Assembly: GCA_041394745.1 (NCBI GenBank) | Contig: JAWKHP010000014.1 | Location: 21,562 to 85,561, forward strand | Source of the DNA: Thermoanaerobaculia bacterium | GTDB taxonomy: Bacteria > Acidobacteriota > Thermoanaerobaculia > Multivoradales > JAHEKO01 | Direction: 5' to 3' | DNA: 64,000 bases | In this document: one piece after another, positions 51,342-63,534 of the stretch | Layout: every line of letters begins with the position of its first letter | Numbering within the stretch: position 1 is the stretch's first letter | Made by a program: the position numbers and the translations under genes | The notes under the pieces: model-generated | Seen by the model: only the letters and a program-made list of their open reading frames with translations | The model's database searches: none | Told to the model about the DNA's origin: nothing

Positions 51342-52366
51342 CGCTTTGGAACCTGCGGCTCCTCCGCGCCGCGCGCCGGGCCGAGGGACGTACCCGGCCG
51401 TCGGTTCCATCCTCATCCCGGCTCGCGATGAGGAGAGGGTGATCGAGTCGCGGTCGAGGCCGCCCTCCTGGCCAGCCGGAACGTCGATCTGGAGGTCCTG
51501 GTGCTGACGACGGCTCCACCGACCGCACGTCCGGATCGTCAGCTCGCCTGATGCGACCCCAGGCTGCGGCTGCTGCGCGGCACACCGCTGCCGCGCGGCC
51601 GGTGCGGAAAGAACCACGCGTGATCAGCTGGGGAGGGCGGCGCGCGCGGCGACGTCCTGCTCTTCGTGGACGCGGATGTCTCCCTGGCCTCGAGGCCGCG
51701 GCGAAGCTCTGCCGCCGAGCTCTCCGAACGCGCCGTCGACCTGCTGAGCGGCGTCCCGCGCCAGCTCACCGGCACGCTGACGGAGAAGCTCGTCGTACCG
51801 CTGATCCACCTGCGCTGCTCGGCTACCTCCCTGATCGCGCTGGCTCGCCAGTTCGGGCCACCTCGCCTGGCTGCGGCGTGCGGTCAGCTCGTCGCCGTGC
51901 GCCGGGACCGCTGGTGGAGGCCGGCATGCCGCGATCGGCGACCGGCGTCACGACGCCCTCGCCCTTGGCCTGCCTGTTCCGGCGGCGCGGCTTCCGGACC
52001 GACCTTCGTGGACGCTACCGCTCTGGCCTCCCGCCGGATGTACCGGAGCGTCCGCGAGGTTTGGAACGGGTTCGCCAAGAACGCCGTCGAGGGCATGGGC
52101 GCCCCTGCCGCCATCGTCCCCTGGATGCAGCCCTGCTCGCCGGCGGCCACGTCCTGCCCTTCGCCCTCCCTCTCCCATCCCGGGGCCCGGCCGCCGCCGC
52201 GCTCGTCCTCGGCACGAGCTGGCCTGATCGCGACGCGCTTCCGCCTCCCTCCTCGGCGCGCTCCTCCATCCGGTCGGAGTGACTCCTCCCCGTCGCCATC
52301 CAGTGGCATGCCCTGGTCCTCGCCCTCGCCGGACGGCGCGTCCCGTGGAAGGGGCGCACGGCCTGA
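51328..52366 (+). pseudogene. Family 2 glycosyltransferase, frameshifted.
   Basis: GTG at 51328 is in frame with SILIPARDEERVIE. Also readable: LVLDDGSTDRT, DPRLRLL, CGKNHA, DVLLFVDADV, LLSGVPRQLTGTLTEKLVVPLIH, MYRSVREVWNGFAKNAVEG. The tail GRRVPWKGRTA is followed by TGA at 52364-52366. Confidence 0.7.
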
Positions 52367-52473
52367 TCGCTCGCCGCCTTCCATCAGGGTGGGCCTGTCC
52401 TACCCGAAGGCCCGTGGCGCTACGGAGGGGAGGGCGCGATGATCCTTCCAGGCTCCGACCGAGGAGGTAGGCC

Positions 52474-52803
52474 ATGGAGTGGCGTCAGGCACTGGACGAG
52501 ACGATCACCCTCTGGGAGCGGATCCGCGACGGGATCGGGACCGCGGACGAGTTGCAGCTGCTCTCGGACATCCACGCGGTCTGCTCGCTGTGCGAGAAGG
52601 CCGATCTCGATGCCCACGAGGAGGGCGGCCGCCGCTGCGACCACTGCCTCGTGCTGAAGCAGTGGGGCGGCTGTCAGGAGATCAACGGCCTGATGAGCGA
52701 GAAGGTCGTCGAGAAGGACTGGGACGGCCTGCGCCGGCTGGTGGACGAGTTCATCCGCCGGCTGCGCACCACGGCGCCGCCGGCCTCCGCCGCGGGCGCC
52801 TAG
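52474..52803 (+). CDS. Small cytoplasmic Cys-rich protein (CxxC...CxxC...C), function unknown.
   Basis: ORF 52474..52803, intact. AGGAGG lies 8 nt upstream of the ATG. Cys pattern is CSLC-x14-CDHC-x8-C. No signal peptide. Confidence 0.7.
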   Translation: MEWRQALDETITLWERIRDGIGTADELQLLSDIHAVCSLCEKADLDAHEEGGRRCDHCLVLKQWGGCQEINGLMSEKVVEKDWDGLRRLVDEFIRRLRTTAPPASAAGA

Positions 52804-55675
52804 GTCGCCGCCGCGGCGTCCTTGACGATCACGCCCTCGCCGCGCTTGCCGTCGATGAGGACGAGGAGCGGCCGCTTCAGCCTGGAGATGGCGGACGTGG
52901 TCCGCCTCGAGATCACCTGCTCGTCGAGCCAGCGCCAGTCGAGCAGCCCGTCGCCGTCGGCCGGGTTGACGGTGAGGAAGCCGACGTTGAACGACGAGAG
53001 ATTGTGGAAGAAGTGGCTCCCTTGGGAGGGAGTCACCCTGGAGGTCGCGCAGACCGCACCTCGCCGACCAGCGCCGCCGTCTCAGACCTGATCCCAGGCC
53101 ACGGGAATCCCGGGAGCCAGGATCGTGGACCCCAGCGTCCCACGCCGATCAACACGTAGGGCGCCCCTCGCTCCACCAGCTTGCTGTTGAGACGGCCGAT
53201 CTCGATCGCCGCCTCCTGGCTCTTCGCGCGATCGAAGCGCTGGAAGTCGACGACGACCAGGTCGCGTATGCCCTCGGTGCGGCCGTGGCCGAGCACCTTG
53301 GTGCTGCGGCACAGCAGCGCCTCCTCCGGCAGGTCGCCGAGCTCCAGCTCCTCGCTCTGCCGCGCCAGGGCCAACGGTCTCATCTGCACGAAGCCGAAGC
53401 GATGGGGCCCGTCCGGCACCGCGCCCAGATCGACGGCGAACTCGATCTCCACCTCGCCGCCGACGCCGTGCTTGAGCTCTTCGAGCAGCTCGCGCAGCAC
53501 TTCGGCGAGTGGGAAGAGGTTCTGCTTGAGGACGGGCGCGAAGGTCACCAGGCGCACGCCCTCCCGGGCCAGGCCGTCGTGCAGCGTGTCGTCGGCCTGC
53601 GAGTAGGTGGAGGCCACCGCCCCCAGAGTGCCGTCCGCCTCCGCCGCCTCGAGCTCGAACCACTCCTCCCGGAAGCTCGCCGAGGCCGAGTCCATGCGCA
53701 GCGCCCAGAAGCCCCGCTGCGAGCCCTGCAGCGCGTCCTTGCCGGCGGGCAGGTGGTGGGGATAGCGCGGCGAGAAGCGGACGCACTCCCCGCCCTCGGC
53801 GATCGCCCGTCCCAGGCCGAGCGCCACCGCGGCCACGCCGTCCGCCGGCACCGCCGGCGGCGCCGGGTAGAAGTTGTGCGAACGGGCGATGCCGGAGAAG
53901 CTCGGGTAGAAGCGGTCTCCGTGCCGGGAGCCCACCAGCCGCTGGAGGATGACGGCCATCTTCTCCTCCTCCAGCCGGTAGGGGGTCGCCTTCAAGTAGG
54001 CCTTGGCCTGCGGCGAGAACGCCGACGCGTAGACCTTGCGGATCGCCGCCAGGGTCTGCTCCACGGGGTCGGCCAGGAGCCGGCCCTCGTTGGGCAGCAG
54101 GTAGGTCTCGTAGACGCCGGTGAAGGGCTGCTGGGCGGAGTCCTCGAGCAGCGAGGACGAGCGCACGGCGAGCGGCCACGGCGAGCGCTCGAGGAAGGCG
54201 GCCACGTCACGCGCGGCCTCCTCGGGGAAATCCGCCTCCAGGAAGCGCGCCTCGATCTCGTCCCGGTCCTGGCACTGGATGGCGAAGTCGTGGAGGTCGT
54301 TCTCCTCGAGAAACCGGTCGAAGACCTCGGTGCCCACCACCGCCGTCTCCGGCACCCCCAGCTCGATGCCCGGGAAGTGGCGGTCGAGGCCGGTCTCCAG
54401 CAACAGCTGGCGGACGAAGGCGAGCCCGCGGGCCTTGCCGCCGAGCGAGCCGCCGCCGAGACGGTAGAAGTCGACGGACCGATCGGCGCTCCCCGGCGAG
54501 AAGTCGGCGACCACGGCCTGGGCCAGGTCGCGCCGGTAGGCGTCGATCTCCTCGATCAGGTCGCGGCGCAGGGCCTCGGCGTCGGGATAGTCGGAGGCCT
54601 TGCGAGGCCGCAAGGCGTCGGCGAGGTCGAACTCCGTGCGCGCCTTGAGCCAGCGCGAGAAGTGGTTCTGTGAGCCGTGGTAGAGGATCGACTCGGCCGG
54701 CACGCTGCGCGCCACCTCCGCCAGGCTCTTCAGGTCCGCCGCCCGGGCCACCTCGGTGCCGTCCGGCAGGCGGAAGACGAAGTCGCCGAAGCCGAAGTCC
54801 TGCAACATCACCCGGCGCAGGTCCTTGAGCAGGGTCGGCGAGCCCTTGAGCAGGAAGCTGGCGTCGACGCTCCGTGCCAGCGCCTCGTTCTCCGGCCGCG
54901 ACGAGTGGAGGATGATCGGAATGTCCGGGTAGAGCGAACGCACGGTGCGCGAGAAGTCGGCGCCGGCGTGCGGATCGGACACCCCGCCGCGCGGGAACTC
55001 GACGTCGGAGATCACGCCCAGCACGTAGTCCTGGTAGATCTCGAAGGCCGTCTGCGCCTCCTCGTAGGTACGGCAGAGGATGATCTTCGGCCGCGCCCGC
55101 ATGCGCAGGATCTTCTGGGAGATGTTGAACCCCTCCTCGATCACGCGCTGCGAGTGCTCGAGGAGCTGGGCGTAGATCACCGGCAAGAAGGAGGAGTAGG
55201 CGCGGATGTTGTCCTCGACGACGAGGATCACCTGCACGCCGACCTCGCGCGTGTCGTGGGCGACGTTGCGCCGGTCCTCCACCGACTTGATGATGCCGAC
55301 CAGGATGCGGGCGTCCCCCTGCCAGAGGAAGGTGCCGTCGAGGTGCGAGCCCTCGCCGTCCGACGCCGTCAGGTCGGCCAGCTCGCGCGGGTTGCGGGCG
55401 AGCAGCGCCACGGGCACGTCGAGACCCGCGGCGTCCACCTCGCGGGCGAGCTCCTCGGCCGACATGTCGACCAGGTAGGGAGCCGTGATCACCAGGTTGA
55501 ACCGGCGGTCACGGCTCACCAGCTCGAGCGCCTCCGCTCCCGTCGAGACGACCGTCAGCCCCGGCGGGTAGTGGAGGTCCAGGTTGCGGAACTCCCCGAG
55601 CAGCCGCTCCGAAAGCTCTCCCGCCTCTTCGAGCACGAAGGCGTCGTAGGGGCTCGAGACCAGCAGCACGTCCAT
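52800..55675 (-). pseudogene. Receiver-like domains fused to a PEP/pyruvate-binding (PPDK_N-like) domain; three indels near the 3' end.
   Basis: ORF 53033..55675 (880 aa) has LLVSSPYDAFVLEE and VILVVEDN receiver-like segments, and LGGKARGL...AVRSSSLLEDS of PPDK_N. The C-terminus continues via GIPVAWDQ (ORF 53082..) into ORF 52800..53036 (TPSQGSHFFHNLSSFNVGFLTVN). Confidence 0.85.
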
Positions 55676-55746
55676 GATCCGGAAGCGGGTCAGGGACTGG
55701 AAGTCGAGCCGGCGGCGCCGGCGCTCGGGATGGAAGGCCGAGACGG

Positions 55747-59046
<3,300 letters not shown>

Positions 59047-59050
<4 letters not shown>

Positions 59051-59639
59051 CGGTCCTCCTCCTCGTGTTCCTCGTGGTCGAAACTCCCGAGGTCGCCGAG
59101 CGGCAGATCGAGGGCGCCGACGATCCGGCCCAGCTGCTCCGGATCGAGCCGCCCGATCAGGTTCACGACCGTCGCCTCGTCGTCCTCCAGGGCCAGGACG
59201 GTGATGCCCTGGACCGTGCCGTCGTCGTCGAGACGGGTGTAGATCAGCACGTCGTCGCCTTCGTCGCGCACCCGCACCATCGGGGCCCAGCCACGCTCGT
59301 CCAGCCAGCGGCCGGCCGCGCGCACGCGCTCCCGGACGCTCTCCATGTCGCCGGCCGCCGGCTCGCCCGAGCGCACCCGGACCGCCTGCAGCCCCTGGAC
59401 GAGCGCCGCCAGCTCCGGGCTCGTCCTCGCCCGCGAACGCCGCGACCGCTTGAGCATCGGCGCCGTCGGGTTGACCTCGATCGAGACGTCCTCGGGCGCC
59501 AGGACCTCGAGCTGCTCGAGGGGCACGTAACCGGGCAGCTCGGCCAGCTGCTCTCCCACTGGGCGCCGGCCGGCGCCGCGAGCACGATCGCCGTCAGGGC
59601 GGCGAGCGTCACGGGAATCATCGTTCGTCGCACGTTCAT
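59047..59639 (-). pseudogene. DUF4252-like secreted protein with one indel after the signal peptide.
   Basis: ATG at 59639 follows GGAGAGG and gives MNVRRTMIPVTLAALTAIVLAAPAGAQ. The body is in ORF 59047..59559. Frame change at ~59560. Confidence 0.65.
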
Positions 59640-59877
59640 CGTCCTCTCCACCTCATGCGGACGGAGGGTCGTCTCCGTCCCGTCCTGCCTCCGGTCTGCG
59701 GATCCCGAACGGCGCCAGGGCACGGCCAGAGGCTCCGCTTCGTCGCATCCGACGCCGCCACGTCAGCCAGCTCCCGCTGCACGTCATCGCCGGCCCGGCG
59801 GCTGTAGTGCCCGACGAGGGCCAAGGCCAACCGGACCTCCCGCTCCGCCCGCGCGATCTCGGCGGTCGCCGCCGGGC

Positions 59878-60270
59878 TCAACCCGGCGGGCGCTCGGCGC
59901 GGACCGCGACGGGAGGCGCGAGCGCTCCCGGGGCGAGCCGGAAGGCCACGCCGAGGGCCACGGCGAGAGCGGCCGCCATGCCGAGAAGAGCGGCGAGCGA
60001 TCCTCGCGACCGGGCGCGCCACGGACCGGACAGCACGTCGCCACCCGCCCGGCGGTGCCGCGCCGCCGCCTTGATGCGCGCGACCACGGCCGGCGGCGCG
60101 TCGTGGGAGGGCAGGCCCCGCAACCCCTCGCGCACCGTTCGCGCCCAGGCTGCCGCCCGCGCGCACGCCGCGCAGCCTTCCAGGTGCGCCGTCAGCCGGC
60201 GTGCCTCCTCGGGCGGCAGCTCGCCGTCGAGCCAGGACTCGATCCGTTCGTCCACGTCGCGACAGAGCAT
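59878..60270 (-). CDS. Anti-sigma factor, zf-HC2 type, single TM.
   Basis: ATG at 60270, 3 nt after the sigma stop. MLCRDVDERIESWLDGELPPEEARRLTAHLEGCAAC (HxxxCxxC), then TM LAALLGMAAALAVALGVAF. A continuation to 59636 in another frame is possible but uncertain. Confidence 0.75.
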   Translation of the reverse strand: MLCRDVDERIESWLDGELPPEEARRLTAHLEGCAACARAAAWARTVREGLRGLPSHDAPPAVVARIKAAARHRRAGGDVLSGPWRARSRGSLAALLGMAAALAVALGVAFRLAPGALAPPVAVRAERPPG

Positions 60271-60272
60271 CG

Positions 60273-60794
60273 TCACGCCCCCAGTCCCGCCGGCGCCAGC
60301 TCCTGCAGGTGCTCCCGGATGCGGCGCCGGCCCCGGTGCAGGTAGACGCGCACCGTGTTGAGCGGCAGCTCCAGGATCTCGGCGATCTCGCGGTACTTGA
60401 ACCCCTGCACCTCGCGCATCAACACGACGCTGCGCATCGGCTCGCCGAGCGTGCCCAGCGCCCCCTCGAGGCGCTCGCGCAGCTGCGCGCCCTCGGCCGT
60501 GCTGGCCGGGGAGGGCCCCGGATCGGGCGCCGTGCCGAGGGCGACCTCGCCGGAATCGGCGACGTGCTCGCGCACCACCTTGACGTGTCGCAGCCGGTCG
60601 AAGCAGAGGTTGCGGGTGACCCGCATCAGCCAGGCCGGGACGCGATCCGGATCGAGCTCCTCCCAGTGGGTCCATAGCTTCATGAAGGCCTCCTGCGTGA
60701 CGTCCTCGGCATCTTCGGGCCGGCCGAGCAGATACGACGCATAGGTGAACACCTGCCGCTGACACTCGTCGACGAGTCTGTCGAAGGCTTCCAA
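60273..60794 (-). CDS. ECF-type RNA polymerase sigma factor.
   Basis: 3' part of ORF 60273..60953. Region 2 (AEDVTQEAFMKLW, WLMRVTRNLCFD) and region 4 (FKYREIAEILELPLNTVRVYLHRGRRRI). The TTG at 60794 is the first start candidate after the upstream stop. Confidence 0.85.
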   Translation of the reverse strand: MEAFDRLVDECQRQVFTYASYLLGRPEDAEDVTQEAFMKLWTHWEELDPDRVPAWLMRVTRNLCFDRLRHVKVVREHVADSGEVALGTAPDPGPSPASTAEGAQLRERLEGALGTLGEPMRSVVLMREVQGFKYREIAEILELPLNTVRVYLHRGRRRIREHLQELAPAGLGA

Positions 60795-60810
60795 CGCGTC
60801 GTCCGTCCGC

Positions 60811-61506
60811 TCACTCCAGCACCACCCGCGCGTCGCCGACCCCGAGACGGGCGCGGATCCGCGCGGGGCCGGCGCCCTCGCTCCACTCGAGCCGGGCACC
60901 CACCAGGAAGGGGCGGCCGGAGCTCCCGCCGGCGGCACCGGCCAGGCTCGCATCGCCGATGCGCGTGCGCAGCGCGACGCTGCCGACCGCGACGCGCGGA
61001 GACCGGATGGTGAGATCTCCCACTCCCATCGACACCTCCACGTCGCGCCCGCCGGCGCTCAGGTCGGCGACGCCGACTCCCAGGCGCAGCGCCAGGGGCG
61101 CGCGACGAGGGTAGACCACGCGCCCCTTCAGGTCGAGCTTCGCCAAGCTCCATCGGGAGAGGCCGGCCAGCGAGACACGCACGACGCCGTCCTCGTGACG
61201 GGCGACGAGGCGCAGGTTGCCCCGGTACCGTTCGCAGCGGGCGGCGGAGAGCTCGTCGCAGCCCACCCCGACCTCGGTGCGGACGTCCGGCACGTCCGCC
61301 GCCACCAGCTCCAGCTCGCCGACGCGGAAGACCACCTCCACGCGCTCTCCGGGCGCCACCGGCTCGACCGATCGGAGCTCGTCGACGACCTCCACGCGGT
61401 CCGAGAAGCGGGGCATCGCGGGGTCGACCGCGGCTCCGAAGGCGGGTGCGGCGATCACGAACAGGGCTGCGAGCCGGAGGGCCGGTGCCTTGGAGTTGCC
61501 GTCCAT
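60811..61506 (-). CDS. Secreted beta-rich protein (DUF4097/putative-adhesin-like), first gene of the ECF operon.
   Basis: ORF 60811..61506. Signal peptide MDGNSKAPALRLAALFVIAAPAFGAA. Repetitive V.V..GDL.I strands. Confidence 0.7.
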   Translation of the reverse strand: MDGNSKAPALRLAALFVIAAPAFGAAVDPAMPRFSDRVEVVDELRSVEPVAPGERVEVVFRVGELELVAADVPDVRTEVGVGCDELSAARCERYRGNLRLVARHEDGVVRVSLAGLSRWSLAKLDLKGRVVYPRRAPLALRLGVGVADLSAGGRDVEVSMGVGDLTIRSPRVAVGSVALRTRIGDASLAGAAGGSSGRPFLVGARLEWSEGAGPARIRARLGVGDARVVLE

Positions 61507-61516
61507 TCAGCCGGTC

Positions 61517-61542
61517 TACGAGCGCCCCGGGCCGGTTGTTAC
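61517..61542 (-). promoter_or_regulatory. Candidate ECF-type promoter (GTAAC-N17-CGTA) immediately upstream of the ATG at 61506.
   Basis: The minus strand reads tGTAACaaccggcccggggcgctCGTAgaccggctgaATG. -35 at 61538-61542 and -10 at 61517-61520. No Shine-Dalgarno sequence, so the transcript would be nearly leaderless. Confidence 0.35.
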
Positions 61543-61572
61543 AGCTCCCGGGAGATAGGCTCGGAGACTGCC

Positions 61573-62541
61573 ATGAGCGCCCCGCCACCGACCGTACCCA
61601 CCCTGCGCCTGGGCATCTCCTCGTGCCTGCTCGGGGAGGAGGTGCGCTACGACGGCGGGCACAAGAACGACGCCTTCGTGCGCGGCCTGCTCGAGCCCTT
61701 CGTCGCGTGGATCCCGGTCTGCCCCGAGGTCGAGGTCGGCATGGGCGTGCCGCGCGAGGCCGTGCACCTCGAGGGCGAGCTCTCCGCGCCCCGCATGGTC
61801 GGCTCGCGCTCCGGCACCGACTGGTCGCAGGCCATGCGCCGCTGGGCGCGCCGCCGGGTCGAGGAGCTCTCCGCCGCCGATCTCGACGGCTACCTGCTCA
61901 AGAGGGGCTCTCCCAGCTGCGGGCTGCATCGGGTCAAGGTCTTCGTCGGCGGCATGCCGAGGCCGGAAGGGCGCGGCCTCTTCGCCGCCGAGCTCGCCCG
62001 CGCGCTCCCCCTCCTGCCCCTCGAAGAGGAGGGCCGCCTGCGCGACCCGGCGCTGCGCGAGCGCTTCGTGGCCGCGGCCTTCGCGCACCGGCGCTTCAAG
62101 GACGCCCTCGCCGCCGACCCGACGCCGGGCGGGCTCGTCGCCTTCCACACCGGCTACAAGCTCACGATCATGGCCCACAGCCCCGAGCACTACCGTGCCA
62201 TGGGCCGGCTCGTCGCCGACTCCGGCACGCTCCCCTGGGGTGAGCTCACGGGCTCCTACGCGCGCCTGCTCGCCGAGGCTCTCGCCGTCCCGGCCCGCCG
62301 CGGCCGTCACGTCAACACCCTGCAGCACCTCGCCGGATTCCTCAAGCGCCGCCTGAGCGCCGCCGACAAGGAGGAGCTCGGCACCGTCATCGAGAGCTAC
62401 CGGCGCGGCCAGGTCCCCCTCGTCGTGCCCCTGACGCTGCTGCGCCACCACTTCCGGCACGCCGAGACCCCGGCCTGGGTACACCGGCAGATCTACCTCG
62501 ACCCCTATCCGGCCGAGCTGATGCTGCGCAACGAGATCTGA
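61573..62541 (+). CDS. DUF523 + DUF1722 fusion protein (YbgA-like).
   Basis: ATG at 61573 within ORF 61195..62541. Readable: GISSCLLGEEVRYDGGHK, VCPEVEVGMGVPRE, SPSCG (DUF523), then a helical DUF1722-like half (HLAGFLKRRLS, YRRGQVPLVVPLTLLRHH). Confidence 0.85.
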   Translation: MSAPPPTVPTLRLGISSCLLGEEVRYDGGHKNDAFVRGLLEPFVAWIPVCPEVEVGMGVPREAVHLEGELSAPRMVGSRSGTDWSQAMRRWARRRVEELSAADLDGYLLKRGSPSCGLHRVKVFVGGMPRPEGRGLFAAELARALPLLPLEEEGRLRDPALRERFVAAAFAHRRFKDALAADPTPGGLVAFHTGYKLTIMAHSPEHYRAMGRLVADSGTLPWGELTGSYARLLAEALAVPARRGRHVNTLQHLAGFLKRRLSAADKEELGTVIESYRRGQVPLVVPLTLLRHHFRHAETPAWVHRQIYLDPYPAELMLRNEI

Positions 62542-63470
62542 CCGGGGCCGGCGTCGGCCGGAGGCGCCTCCACCGGCAGGGTCTCAGGAGACAGGGCCCG
62601 CCAGAGGCGATGGTCGCGCACCAACCGGGACGGCGAGGATCCGCCGTACCGCTCGACGTCGTCGAGGAGCTCGTCGTAGGCGCGTCGCAGCCTCCCCGAT
62701 CGCCACACGGCGTGGAGCCGCCGCTGATGCCAACCCTGCTCGCGCGGAGCCCCGCGCTCGAGCTCCAGACTTCCGCCGTGCCCAGCGGTCTGACGTTCGA
62801 AGGCCCGGTAGCGGCGGATCGGGTAGTGCAGGATCTCGATCGCCGCCGCCTCCCTCGCTTCCCAGTCGTGGACCACCTCGTGGTTGCCCGGCAAGACGCG
62901 TTCCAGGCCGACCGTCGAGCAGACGACCTTCCCGGGGAGCCGGCGCAGGAAGAGCGGCCACTCGAGCGGCTCCCCGAGGGCCGGTGCCGGTGGGTGATCG
63001 GGACACGGGCGGGCCACGCGCCAGATGTTGTGGAAGAAGCGGTAGCCGGACCTCGCGAGGGCGCCGCGGTCCGGCAACATGTTGGACCGCGGCGCGATGT
63101 GGACGCAGCCGCGACCCGCTCGCACCGCGTCACGCAACGATCCGCGCTCCGGCACCCAGAACTCGTCTCCATCGGCCAGCACCACCCAGTCGGCGCCGTG
63201 GCGCTCGCGGGCCTCGACGGCGAGCTCGGTCATCCAGAGATCCTGCCGGCGCGCAGCGTCGACTCGCCGGCGCCAGTGCAGGTCGTAGCGTCCGGCGAGC
63301 TCGCCGAGCAGCTCGGTCGTGCCGTCCACCGAGCGGTGATCGACGACGAGGAACACGTCCACGCCCTGCTCCGCGTGGTACCGGACCCAGTCGCGGAGGA
63401 GGTCCGCCTCGTCGCGCACCACGGCCGCCATCGCCAAACGCACGCCGGGACGGTAGCAGACGGGAAGCAC
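62505..63470 (-). CDS. Glycosyltransferase family 2-like protein (Glyco_tranf_2_4-type).
   Basis: ORF 62505..63563. AMAAVVRDEADLLRDWVRYH and LADGDEFW motifs. The start is ambiguous (GTG 63470, GTG 63443, ATG 63431); 63563 would overlap the divergent MBL gene. Confidence 0.7.
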   Translation of the reverse strand: MLPVCYRPGVRLAMAAVVRDEADLLRDWVRYHAEQGVDVFLVVDHRSVDGTTELLGELAGRYDLHWRRRVDAARRQDLWMTELAVEARERHGADWVVLADGDEFWVPERGSLRDAVRAGRGCVHIAPRSNMLPDRGALARSGYRFFHNIWRVARPCPDHPPAPALGEPLEWPLFLRRLPGKVVCSTVGLERVLPGNHEVVHDWEAREAAAIEILHYPIRRYRAFERQTAGHGGSLELERGAPREQGWHQRRLHAVWRSGRLRRAYDELLDDVERYGGSSPSRLVRDHRLWRALSPETLPVEAPPADAGPGQISLRSISSAG

Positions 63471-63534
63471 GCCGCGGCCCGCCCGGCGATAGGCTGGGGC
63501 GGCGCCGACCGCACCGCGGACCGCAGGAGGATCG

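Noticed and set aside
45373-52366. Programmed ribosomal frameshifting or transcriptional slippage as the explanation for the broken genes.
   Set aside because: There are far too many shifts, in both directions, with no shared slippery heptamer or downstream structure. They also hit catalytic motifs in unrelated genes across the window.
59636-59877. Extension of the anti-sigma factor to 59636 through a frameshift, giving an ATGA overlap with the DUF4252 gene.
   Set aside because: The extra sequence ends in an Arg-rich, non-protein-like tail. The region also contains a good ribosome-binding site for the next gene, so an ordinary intergenic spacer is equally likely. I left it as a note only.
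61573-62541. A link between the YbgA-like DUF523/DUF1722 gene and the light-response theme (ybgA sits next to the photolyase gene in E. coli).
   Set aside because: No photolyase is in the window, and the gene lies ~9 kb from the carotenoid cluster with unrelated operons in between.
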